This document shows, one piece after another, positions 50,400-61,842 of a stretch of 64,000 bases of DNA. The stretch is from positions 90,396,001 through 90,460,000 of the forward strand of contig OZ024746.1 in assembly GCA_964016885.1 (NCBI GenBank), written 5' to 3'. This DNA is from Eledone cirrhosa. Lineage: Eukaryota. Positions within the stretch are counted from its first letter, which is position 1, and each line of letters begins with the position of its first letter. The position numbers and the translations under genes are program-made. Under the pieces are notes generated by a model. That model was not told the DNA's origin. It saw nothing but the letters and a program-made list of their open reading frames with translations, and did no database searches.

Positions 50400-51642
50400 G
50401 ACAAAGGTGACCATGTCTCGCTCGTATAGGACTGTATCTGGCAGGTTTTCTGCGGCTGGATGCCCTTCCTAACACCAACCACATTTACAGTGTGGACTGG
50501 GAACTTTTTTCTGTGTTACCTATATGGCTACATTACAGCGTGGACTGTTTTTTTTTTTGTTGTGACACCTACATGATCCCATTAGTTTGGACTGGATGTT
50601 GTGGTACCAACATAACTTTATAGAGAGAGGGTGGCGTTGGAGGGAGTGGAAGGATGGAGTAGGGGTAGTGGGTTGGGGTGTATGTTTGGTTTGGAGGTGC
50701 GTACTGACTATAGGTTAACTTTGTACATAGGGAAGGTGGGTCTTCTGTATTACTGTGTGACGCCAAAGATCTCGATCCAGTGACATTGTCTTAGAGAGGT
50801 GTAAGTGTGCAAGGTCGGATTTTATCATGTTGTCCCAGGTTTTTATGGGTCTACCTACTCCGTAACTTCCATCAATTTTGATTGCCCTGCACTTTTTTAT
50901 GCAGCTGTCATCTTTCATGCACAACACATGACCATACCAACATAATCTTCTCTCAAGTAAACAACATCTGATCCCTCTTATTCCTAATTTCTCATTTTTA
51001 TGTTTTGCCGTTCGTGTATATTACTATTACACATCCAACAAAGCATGCATGCTTCATTCCTTTCCAATCTGTGCAGGTCCTCTGCACACAATGCCCATGT
51101 CTCACTGCCAGGTAACATTGCTATTTGTATACAGGTATCATACAATCTGCCTTTCATTTTTAGAGAGAAACTTTTTGTGCCCAACAGCGATATAAGTTCC
51201 CTGAACTTTTTCCAGCCCATTCTAACTCTGGCTACTGTACTTTCAGAGCACCCTCCACCAATGCTGATTTTGTCATCCAGGTAACGGAAGGTGTCCACTA
51301 TTTCTATATCACCATCTGGGCAGTAGAAGGATCTAGGGCACTTGCTACTTATTGCACCTGAGCATCGGCCACATATAAAATCTACATTCTTAGATAGCTT
51401 GCCCGTGATTCCACTACATCTTTTATGTACCCATAGTTTGCATTTGGGGCATAGAATGGAATTTCTACCTACTCCTCTCCTACACACTGAGCATGGCCAT
51501 TTCCCAGAGGGCATCTGTACCTTATTTTCCTTTCTACATACTAGAACTTTCTCCAAGTCAACAAAAGCTAAGTAGAGGGGTTTACTTTTAGCTAGGTACT
51601 TCTCCTGTAGTTGCTGTACAAGAAAAAGAGTATCAGTGGTAC
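50400..51642 (-). mobile_element. RTE LINE 3' part with intact PHD-type insert
   Basis: ORFs 50984-51556 and 50715-50927, plus 3' UTR. Confidence 0.9.
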
Positions 51643-51643
51643 T

Positions 51644-51900
51644 TATATATAAATGATCTTTATAACATAATGTACAAAAATTGATGTTAGCAAAGCCTGC
51701 TTTCTCCTTTTTGGATCATCAAAACATTTGTTATTAGGTTAAACTGTCTTTTTGTTAAAACTCCTGCATGTTAATTCTCGTCCACATGTGGTCGAGAATC
51801 AACAGGCAGGAGTTTTAACAAATGTTTTGATAAAGCAGTCTTTGCTAACATCAATTTTTATCATTTTTTACATGTTATAAAAATTATTTATATATATATA
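51644..51900. repeat. Imperfect foldback palindrome without spacer
   Basis: Centre CCACA|TGTGG at 51782-51791; arms TTTGTTAAAACTCCTGC/GCAGGAGTTTTAACAAA and TTGATGTTAGCAAAG/CTTTGCTAACATCAA. Confidence 0.88.
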
Positions 51901-52149
51901 CCAGGTGCGCTTTTCAAACCCTTCTTTAAAAATCATTGGGTAGAGAAGTCCCCTAAGTCCAGTAAGACAACTTCCCTAGTGCTGGTGGCACAAACAAAAG
52001 CACCCAGTCCATGCTGTAAAATGGAAAGGTGGAGAGGGCCCCTGAGTCCAGTAAGACAACCTCTCTAGTGTTGGTGGCAGGAATAAAAGCACCCTGTCCA
52101 TGCTGTAAAGTGGTGCTGGTGTTAGGAAGGGCATCCAACCAATATATTA

Positions 52150-54551
52150 ATGCCAAAAATTATGAGCACAACAAATAAGTATTGCAATAACTGTGTAAAC
52201 AACGATAACACTAACCCTGCTAGGGCTGCACACGGCAGTGGGGTGGCTGGTGCGGCCATGTGCGAGAACCCCCCCGACTGTCATCAAGCAATTGCACAAT
52301 ACGATTATAAACCATTTTTCTTTGCAGAAAAGGAAGAAATTTCAACGATAGACGTCGCATCTCAGGGTTACCACACTTAATGTTGGCACCTTGACAGGTA
52401 GATCTGGTGAGATAGTGTAGATGCTAGAGAGAAGACATGTGGATATGTGCTGCGTGCAAGAGGTGAGATGGAGAGGTGCCTCAGCAAGACTAATTGCAGG
52501 CAAACAGCTTAACTATAAGCTTTTCTAGGTAGGAAATGATGATGGGTTAGGTGGGGTAGGCATTTTACTTGCTGAGAGATGGATCAATAAGACAATAGAA
52601 GTAGTTAGAGTTAGTAATAGAATAATTAAAATTAGATTAGTTGTAGGCAAGAGACTGCTGACAATCATCTCTGCCTATGCTCCCCAGGCAGGCCTAGGTA
52701 AAGAAGAGAAGGACTGCTTTTACGAGCAACTTCTAGAGACAACCACAATGGCAGAGAACAGAGACCTAGTTATACTAGCAGGGGACTTCAATGGTCATGT
52801 TGGACAGTTCCAGGATGGATAGACTGGGGTAGATGGTGGTGATGGTTATGGCTCAAGAAACGAAGAAGGAGTGAGGCTTCTTGAATTTTGTGATGCAAGT
52901 GAACTAACCATTTGTAACACTAACTTCAAGAAACCTACCAACCACCTAATAACCTACAAATCAGGCGAGCACATAAGCCAGATTGACTTCTTGCTAGTTA
53001 GGCACCGAGACAGACAGATAGTGTCAAATACTAAGGCATACCCCAGGGAAGAATGTACCCCATAGCATAGGTTAGTCGTTAGTGACATCTCAATAAGCAA
53101 AAGACAAAATGAAACATACAGTAAGGTCTGGAAGCTAAAAGACCTTTCACTAAAATACAAATTTAGGAAAACCCTTCAAGATGTGTATGACGAAAAAGAA
53201 CACGATTTAGAATCATATGACATAGATGATAACTGGAATTTCTTATGTGACAACTTACTGCAGGCTACTGAAGAAACTTGTGGCTGGAGCAGAGCTCCAA
53301 CCAGACAGAGAGTGACCTGGTGGTGGAACAGCACGGTAGATAGGACCATTAGAGACAAAAGACTAGCATGGAAGGCTTGGAAAAATGGTGGGAATAGAGA
53401 AGGATATACAGCCGCTAAGAGAGAAGCTAGACGTCAGGTGTACTTAGCACGCAGGGAAGCTGAGAGTAGGAGGTTTGCCATTGTTCTGCGACGGGAAGAT
53501 CAGAGATGTGCGGTGTTCTGCATTGCAAGGCAGTGTATCAGTATAAATCGAGATGTTGTTGGAGATAAGTGTGTCCGGAATGATGCTGGTGTACTTAGTG
53601 TCACTAATGATAAAAAAAAAAGGAGGCCTGGAAATGTCATTATGAGAGACTGATGAATATTGAGAATGTATGGGAGAGAGAGAAACTACCTCCAGTAGAC
53701 CCAACAGAGGGACCAGCTATTGAGGTTGACTACTCTAGGGTCGAAGAGGCACTTAAGGAAATGAAAAGTGGTAAGGCTGCTGGACCATTGGGGATAGTTG
53801 CAGAGATGCTGAAGGCATCAGGAGAAGTAGGAACTAAACTGGTTGCACACATCGTCAATCTAGCTACATATGTCAGAGTCATACTCAAAGACTGGTGCAG
53901 CAGTATCCTTATAAATTGCTACAAAAGTAAAGGGGATGCTCTGGAGAGGAGCAATTATAGGGGTATAAAGCTGAGGGATCAAGTTATGAAAGTGGCAGAG
54001 AGAATATTAGCACAACTAATTAGAGAAAGGGTCAAACTAGATGAGATGCAGTTTGGTTTTGTGCCTGGGAAAAGTACAACAGATGCCCTCTTGTTAGTGA
54101 GACAACTACAAGAGAGGATCTTGGAGGAGAATAAACTACTATACTTAGCTTTTGTGGACCTAGAGAAGGCCTTTGATAGAGTACCCCAATCTATCATCTG
54201 GTGGTCCTTAAGGAAACTTGTGAGGACAGTCAAAGCTATGTACAGGTGTGCTGTCAGTAAAGTGAAAGTGGGAATGGCGTTTAGTGAGGAATTCCAATTA
54301 CAAGTAGGAGTGCATCAGGGTTTGGTCCTCAGCCCGCTCTTGTTCATTATAGTCCTCCAAGCCATAACAGAGAGGTTTAAGACTGGCTGCCCATGGGAAT
54401 TTCTCTATGCTGACGATCAGGTACTTATAGCAGAATCAGTAGAGGAGCTAGAGAATAAATTCTGGCTATGGAAACAGCAGTTGGAATCAAGAGGACTGAG
54501 TGTAAACCTAGCTATGACAAAGGTGTTGATAAGTAGGAAAGAGGACAAAAC
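52150..54551 (+). mobile_element. RTE LINE 5' part (APE endonuclease and RT), truncated by a Penelope-like insertion
   Basis: Endonuclease motifs NVGTL, CVQEVRW, GVGILL, AYAPQ, AGDFNGHVG, QIDFLL. RT motifs GKAAGP, NYRGIKL, QFGFVPGKSTTD, FVDLEKAFDRV, GVHQG..SPLLF, YADD. Internal stops. Confidence 0.95.
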
Positions 54552-55759
54552 TCCGCCGCTGAGGCCCTGGAAATACTCTACGCCACAGACCACATCTTAA
54601 ACAAAAAATCTGAGGCAATTTCGGCTTGTAAACATAAATTGCACAAACCTTTCCTGTATTACAGCCCCACATTATACCCTAACGGATAGTACGATCTATA
54701 CGCAGTTATTTTACGTCTTGCTGTGGTAGCTAAGTATATATTATGTTTATACCATTACTTATTTGCATAGGTAAGTATATATTACCTGTATGTGTTGTGA
54801 AGGTACGTATACTTTCTCGTACGTATTTTTGATTGTATATGTTATGGCATATATTTTATATATTCTGGTACATATGCTTTTGGTTATGTGTATACGTGAG
54901 TTTATGGCGTCTGTGTGAGTATGTGGGTTCGTACGTATGTAGGGTGTGTGTATATGTGTACTTCGTGTTTTGGTTGACGATCGTCTCCGAACATATGTGT
55001 ATTTACATGTAGGTATGTATGTGCGCTTGTTATATACGTATTTATTTATTTATATACGTTTATTTAATTATTTGTATACACGCGCACACACACATATTTA
55101 TATGTGCGTGTTTTTGTATACCTATGGCGAGTTTTTCGCGTATGCTTGTGTATGTACGTATATGGATGCGTGTATGTATTTATTTAATTTCAATTACCTC
55201 TGTATTTTATTTACTTTATTCTTAACTCTGAAGCTGAGTATCATTCGGTTTCCTAGTTAGAATTTTAGTCTACGACTTCAGTTATACCATTTACGTGGTT
55301 TTGTCTTTGCGTGCAATTGTTCTCCATACTCCACATATGACGTATTATCTTCGTTTTTTATGTTCATTGCCAGAGAACGTCTCTATGAACCACCTAAGAG
55401 AATATTAGTCTACGATTTCTTTTATACCATAAACGTGGTTTTGTCTTTGCGTGTAATTGTTTTTCGCCGCTCCTATTAATGACGTATTATTCGTTTTTTT
55501 CCCGTTCTTTGCCATGGAACGTTTCCACGAACCAAAGTATCGTCTTCCTGTCTTCCCCCAGTTGCAACATTTTTTGAAATATTCACTCGTGCGTTCACAG
55601 ATTGACTTTGTAGTTTCAGAAGATCCCGTTAAGGGTGAAAGCAGCGATTCTTTGCTTAAACTTTAATCTGTTATTTTAATAAATATTTGCTCTACGGTTC
55701 TTATATATTTGATATATATTTATCCTTATCGAGCCCTCTTTGGATTTTAGTCTTCAAAT

Positions 55760-55765
<6 letters not shown>
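54552..55765 (+). mobile_element. 5'-truncated Penelope-like element: endonuclease C-terminus plus ~1.07-kb 3' UTR/pLTR
   Basis: 54552-54689 translates as SAAEALEILYATDHILNKKSEAISACKHK...*, matching the PLE 'E..I...LNKRSE..S.CRH' terminus. A hammerhead-like motif lies near the end. Confidence 0.72.
55612..55662 (+). ncRNA. Degenerate type I hammerhead motif (core CAGAAGA)
   Basis: AGTTT-CAGAAGA-TCCC-GTTAA-GGGT-GAAA-GCAG-CGATTCT-TTGCT-T-AAACT. All three stems form; U4 is changed to A. Confidence 0.6.
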
Positions 55766-55858
<93 letters not shown>

Positions 55859-56729
55859 GTGTGTCTGTGTGTGTATATATGTACACACACACATATATAT
55901 ATTATTTCTCCCTCTCCCTCAGTCATTAATACTACCCTTCCAAGCCTTTGCCTCAGTTTTTTGTGATTTGTTACTGACCTTGTCAGTCATCTTCCCCATG
56001 TCTCTTCTATTAATATTAGTTCTAGGACTTACTGCTCGAACTAGTATTAATCTAATCCATTCCTTCATTTCTCTACTATGGTTACCTAGACCTTATTTTG
56101 TTGCTTTTGATTGTAGGTTCCTCTCCCATATCGCTATGTAGTTATCTCTTTTTTTTTTTTGTGGATGTTTTATGTCCAAATAGCTATCCATGGATAACTC
56201 TGTAATTTCTATTGATGCACTGGTGGTGAATAGTCCTATCTTATAAAGCATCTAAAACTATAATGATCCCCAGAAAAATAGCTGATGAGTGGGAATTGTC
56301 CATGTACTCTTTCGCGTTTTCTGTTTTCTATATCTCTCTCTTGTGTTTATATATATATATATATAAAAGTCATCGTGTACGGTAATATGTACCCTGTCCA
56401 CACTCTAAAGTGGTTGTGTAGGTGACATGACAAAAAGCACCCAGTACTTACTGTAAAGTGATTGTGTAGGTGACATGACAAAAAGCATCCAGTACTCACT
56501 GTAAATTAGGTTGGCACTAGGAAGGGTATTCAGCTGTAGAAATCAAGCCAAAATCAATTCTGTATGAGCAAGAATGGCATTGCTAACACCAGGACAACTT
56601 ATCTAATCCATGCTAGTGTGGAAAAGTTGATGTTAAACGGTGATGATGATGATGATATATATATATATATTAGAAAGTGAGGTTTTTTTACAAAATGAAA
56701 AAAAACGAGGTGTCCTACACGAGTGAAAG

Positions 56730-57029
56730 TATAAGGAAAAAAGATGAAATCGAAAATGCAACTGGAGTCTTTTTTTATAAAAATATATATTTATTTGGTT
56801 CCTTTACCGGTTTTTGCAGTTCTTCTGCTTTTCATAAGTAGAATTGAGATGGAGGGTTTGTGGTTTTTCTTACATGATGTGAGATGTGAGAAAAACCACA
56901 AACCCTACATCTCAATTCTACTTATGAAAAGCAGAAGAACTGCAAAAACCGGTAAAGGAACCAAATAAATATATATTTTTATAAAAACAGACTCCAGTTG
57001 CATTTTCGATTTCATCTTTTTTCCTTATA
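56730..57029. repeat. Near-perfect 300-bp palindrome (146-bp arms, 8-nt loop)
   Basis: 56730-56875 is the reverse complement of 56884-57029 with about 3 mismatches. Confidence 0.95.
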
Positions 57030-57233
57030 TATATATAACGAAGGAGTTGTGGTAAGAAACCAGATGGACCATAACGCACCAGAGTACTCAATATTTAGGG
57101 TAATAGAGTGGGTAATAGGAAAAAGTATGACCCCGACGGCAGAGCTCAAGCTGTTTCGACGGCTATTTCTGGACTGATAATATATATATATATTATATAT
57201 GTGTGTGTGTGAAAATATTTAATACAAACTTAC

Positions 57234-57300
57234 TTGACAGGGAGAAGACATTTTTCAATACCATTGAAATGCAAAATATTAAATATAATTTGGAAGCCAT
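57234..57300 (-). CDS. Secreted two-VWA-domain protein, exon 1 (signal peptide)
   Basis: ATG GCT TCC... gives MASKLYLIFCISMVLKNVFSLS + A|GTAAGT; 67 nt, phase 1 matching exon 2. Spliced CDS is 67+564+575=1206 nt (401 aa plus stop). Confidence 0.8.
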
Positions 57301-57319
57301 ATTGTATTAACCAAACATA

Positions 57320-57356
57320 TTACTGATAGATTGGTGATTACATATTTATATATATA
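57320..57356 (-). promoter_or_regulatory. TATA box and initiator of the VWA gene
   Basis: TATATATAAATA lies 26-30 nt upstream of TCAGT (A at 57324), which is 24 nt before the ATG. Confidence 0.55.
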
Positions 57357-57579
57357 CTATACACACACATATACACACACATACAGGCACATAGACACAC
57401 ACACACAGACACAGACACGCAGATACATACACACAGACACACATATACATACACACAGATACATACACACAGATACGTGCATGTGTATGTGTGCAGGTGT
57501 GCCTACATATGCATGTATGTTTATATCTAACCATGCAAACATGGAAGATAGACGTTAAATGATGATGATGATGATGTTG

Positions 57580-57636
<57 letters not shown>

Positions 57637-57710
57637 CATACATATATCCACATATATATATATATATATAAACATATTATATAGAGATAATTATGTGTTT
57701 TGGCATGTTT

Positions 57711-57744
<34 letters not shown>

Positions 57745-57899
57745 GTAGGTAAGTGCCTAAATAGAGAGATGTAAACCAGAATGTGGATGTGGGATGTATA
57801 TACTGATAAACATTTATCAGTAAAACTATCCCCCCCCCCCCCGACATATTTTAAATCCAAAATAACAAGAAAAATTACCCAACAACAAAAGATGATAAT

Positions 57900-58083
57900 G
57901 TGGATTGGCAGTATAGGTAGAGGGTCGGACGCCATGCTTTCCAGCATGGTTAGGTCCCTTTACGATCTGAGTTCAAATCCCGCCGAGGTTGACTTTGCCT
58001 TTCATCCTTACGGGGTCGATAAAATAAAGTACCAGTAATGCACTGGGTAATTGCTGGCCTTGTGCCTAAAGTAGAAACAATTA
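57900..58083 (+). mobile_element. SINE family A, full length
   Basis: A and B boxes and conserved body. Confidence 0.9.
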
Positions 58084-58144
58084 TATAAAAAGTATGGGAG
58101 ATGATTTTTGGATTAAATTCTTGACACTATTCAATAACGATAGA

Positions 58145-58420
58145 GGCAGGTAGCTTAGTGGTGAGGTTATTTGGCTCACGATCATAGGGTCGTGAGTTCA
58201 ATTTCTGTTGTGTCATAAATCTCATGTTGCTCCAGTTCATTCAGCTGCGGAAAAAAGAATCATAGCTATAATTCAAACAATCAGCCATGTTATTCAGTGT
58301 GTCATACTGAATCTCCCTGAGAATAAATTTAAGGATGCACGTGTCTCTATAGTGCTCAGCCACTTGCCAGTTAATTTCACAAGCAGACTATTCTATTGGC
58401 CAAATGACTGGCATATGTTT
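58145..58420 (+). mobile_element. SINE family B copy
   Basis: TAGCTTAGTGG A box, GAGTTCAATT B box, ATGTTGCTCCAGTTCATTCAGCTG body. Confidence 0.7.
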
Positions 58421-58590
58421 TATGAGAACCAATCAAGGTCCAGTATACAAGTTTAATTTTGGCAATAACTTTTATCTCTCTGGGTTCCTGGATAAAAGAA
58501 GCCGGACATTTATCCTGATTGGTTGTTGACATTCATCATGTGACTAAGCCGAAGGTAACCACTAATTTAATCAGTTGATATTTTATTTGA

Positions 58591-58775
58591 TAATTGTCTC
58601 TACTTTAGGCACAAGGCCAGCAAATACCCAGTGCATTACTGGTACTTTATTTTATCGACCCCGTAAGGATGAAAGGCAAAGTCAACCTCGGCGGGATTTG
58701 AACTCAGATCGTAAAGGGACGTAACTATGCTGGAAAGCATGGCGTCCGACCCTCTACTGATACTGCCAATCCACC
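58591..58775 (-). mobile_element. SINE family A with 18-bp target-site duplication
   Basis: GATATTTTATTTGATAAT at 58577-58594 and 58786-58803. Confidence 0.9.
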
Positions 58776-59010
58776 GCCCTTTCACGATATTTTATTTGAT
58801 AATGTTATCAATTCAGACACTTATACATCATTCATTACATTCCATAATATTATACATACAACAAATCCTGCCGAGGTTAACTTTACCTTTCATCCTTATG
58901 GGGTCGATAAAATAAAGTACCAGTAATACCCTGGGATAATTGCTAGCCTTGTGCCAAAAGTAGAAACAATAATATTATACATACATATATACATCCATCC
59001 ATACATCCAT

Positions 59011-59057
<47 letters not shown>

Positions 59058-59060
59058 TAA

Positions 59061-59230
59061 AGGCGTGTGGCTGAATGGTTAGAGAATTGGATTTGCAATC
59101 GTGGGGTTGTGAGTTCGATTCCCGGACCGGGCAATCCGTTATGTCCTTGAGTAAGACACGTTATTTCACGTTGCTCCTTCTACCTGGAGTTGCGACTAAT
59201 AGATAGTATTAGCAATTGGAAAGACCAATG
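59061..59230 (+). mobile_element. SINE family B copy
   Basis: TGGCTGAATGG A box, GAGTTCGATTCC B box, GTCCTTGAGTAAGACAC body. Confidence 0.75.
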
Positions 59231-59376
59231 GAAACATTGTTTCCTCAGTCCGATTTGACGAAAGTCGATTGTAAAAAAAATATATATATATATATATATA
59301 TATGTGTTATATATCTATACACACACACATCCGCGAGCGCGCACACACACACACACACATATATCTAAATATATAT

Positions 59377-59610
59377 ATAGTGTATGTGATTCAGTGAGTT
59401 ACTGGTGGTAGTACCAAAGCAAGCACGCTATGCCCAGGCAGAGTGTATATATATTAATAAAAGTGATGAAGTTTCATTTACATGTATTTAGATTTTTATT
59501 GTGTATCGACCTGTTACGCACAATAAACAAAACTTCATCACTTTTATTAATATATACACTCTGCTTGTTTTAGTACCACCACCAGTAATTCACTGAATCA
59601 CATACACTAT
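59377..59610. repeat. Imperfect foldback palindrome
   Basis: Arms ATAGTGTATGTGATTCAGTGA/TCACTGAATCACATACACTAT and TTAATAAAAGTGATGAAGTTT/AAACTTCATCACTTTTATTAA. Confidence 0.88.
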
Positions 59611-59984
59611 ATCATCATCATCGTTTAACATCCATCTTCCACGCTAGCATGGGTTAGACGGTTTTGTTCCATTTGATGCGGGAATGGTCGGGAGACCGTG
59701 CCTCACTTGCACGGAAGCGTCTCTGGTAGGTTTTACAGCTTACAGCGGGATGCCCTCCCTAACACCAACCTCAGTTATAGTGGTAAATATATATATGTAT
59801 GAAAAGAGTCAGGACCCCGACGGCTGAGCTCCGGCCGTATCGACAGCTAGAATATTACCCACTCTACTACCCTAAGTATCGAGTATTCTGGTGCGTTATG
59901 GTCCAGCTGGTTCTTTACCACACTTTCTTTGTTATATATATATATGTATATATATATAACAAAGAAAGTGTGGTAAAGAACCAG

Positions 59985-60022
<38 letters not shown>

Positions 60023-60024
<2 letters not shown>

Positions 60025-61490
60025 TAATCAGAGAGAGGAATTGATCTAGATGAAATGCAGTTCAGGTTTGTGTCAGGTAAAAGTACCACAGACGCTCTTT
60101 TCATTGTACGACAACTACAGGAGAAGTACCTAGCTAAAAGTAAACCCCCTCTACTTAGATTTTGTAGACCTGGAGAAAGCCTTTGACAGAGTCCCCCGCT
60201 CCATTATCCGGTGGGCTCTTAGAAAACTAGGTGTAGATGAATGGCTTGTGAGAGCTATACAAGCCATGTATAAAGAAACAGTCAGCAAGGTTAGAATTAA
60301 CAACGAATATAGTGAAGAGTTTAGCGTAAAAGTTGGTGTTCATCAGGGCTCCGTCCTTAGCCCCCTCCTATTTATTAACACCCTTCAAGCTATAACGGAG
60401 GAGTTCAAGACCAGCTGCCCATGGGAACTCCTATACGCAGATGATCTAACACTCATAGCCGAATCAATGGCTGAACTAGAGAAGAAATTCCAAACATGGA
60501 AGCATGGCCTAGAATCAAAAGGCCTTAAAGTTAACTTGTCTAATACTAAAGTCCTAATATGTAGGAAGGAGAATAGGGCACTGGTCCCATCTGGGAAATG
60601 GCCATGCTCAGTGTGTAGGAAAGGAGTAGGCAGAAACTCCATTTTATGTCCCACATGCAAAGTATGGGTGCATAAAAGATGTAGTGGCGTACAGGTAAGC
60701 CAACTAAGAATATAGATTTTATATGTGGCCGGTACTCTGGTGCAATAAGTAGCAGCAAGTGCCCACAGAATACTAGCTCATTCCATTGCCCAGATGGTTC
60801 TATAGAAATAGTGGACACCTTCCGTTACCTGGGTGACAAAATCAGCAGTGGTGGAGGGTGCTCTGAAAGAACTGTAGCTAGAGTCCGAACGGGATGGAAA
60901 AAGTTCAGAGAGCTTATACCACTGTTGGCCGCTAAAGGTTTTTCTCTAAAAATGAAAGGCAGGCTGTATGATGCCTGCATACGAACAGCAATGTTACATG
61001 GCAGTGAGACATGGGGCTTGTGTGCAGAGGATCTACGCAGACTGGGGAGGAACGAAGCTTGCATGCTCCATTGGATGTATAATAGTAATATACGCGAACG
61101 GCAAAGCATAAATTAACTAAGTGAGAAATTAGGAATAAGAGGGATCAGATGCTGTTTACTCGAGAGAAGACTACGTTGGTATGGTCACGTGATGTGCATG
61201 AAAGATGACAGCTGTATAAAAAAGTGCAGGGCGATCAAAATAGATGGTAGCTACGGGGTAGGCAGACCCAGAAAAACCTGGGACGATTTGATAAAATCCG
61301 ACCTCACACACTTACACCTCTCCAAGACAATGTCACTGGACCGAGATCTTTGGCGCTACGCAGTAATACAGAAGACCCGCCTTGCCTAAGTACAAAGTGA
61401 AACCTACAGTCAGTAGGCACCTCTTAACCAAAATACACCCCCGTCCCAACTGTACCCCCACCGCCATCTACACCACCCCTTTCGATGTAA
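60023..61490 (+). mobile_element. RTE LINE (RT, PHD-type insert, C-terminus)
   Basis: ORFs 60248-60715 (GVHQGSVLSPLLF, YADDL, GKWPCSVC), 60811-61116 and 61189-61389. Confidence 0.95.
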
Positions 61491-61842
61491 AGCTTTACAT
61501 CGAGAGGGGTGGTGTACTAAGTACAAAGCTTTGTAAGCTCCAATACAATGGGCATGTGGTCAGAATGTCATGAGAAAAAATTGTTTGACAGATTTTATGG
61601 GCAAAACCAACCAGCAGGAGACCCAGGGGTAGACCCTGAGCAAGATGGTTGAATAACATCCATGAGCTTGGCTGGTCTCACTTGGGGATCCAGCAGGATC
61701 AGCTGGAGATGGTTGCTTCTCACAGGACCTGCTAGAAGGAATGTTTGAAGAGTCTCCCTCCATGACCCTCTCAGGAATAAGTGGGCAAAGAAGACAGATT
61801 TCCTATAAACAATAAAAAGATATCAACATATTATTAATTTAA

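Noticed and set aside
52150-52340. HDV-like ribozyme expected at an RTE 5' end
   Set aside because: I could not identify the nested double-pseudoknot pairings by eye; it would need a descriptor search.
56270-56320. CTGATGAG motif shared with 5920-5950 (minus)
   Set aside because: No correctly placed GAAA and stem III; cannot be folded as a hammerhead.
59061-59135. tRNA-like sequences (also the heads of SINE family A)
   Set aside because: A and B boxes are present but there is no intact cloverleaf, and they continue into SINE bodies.
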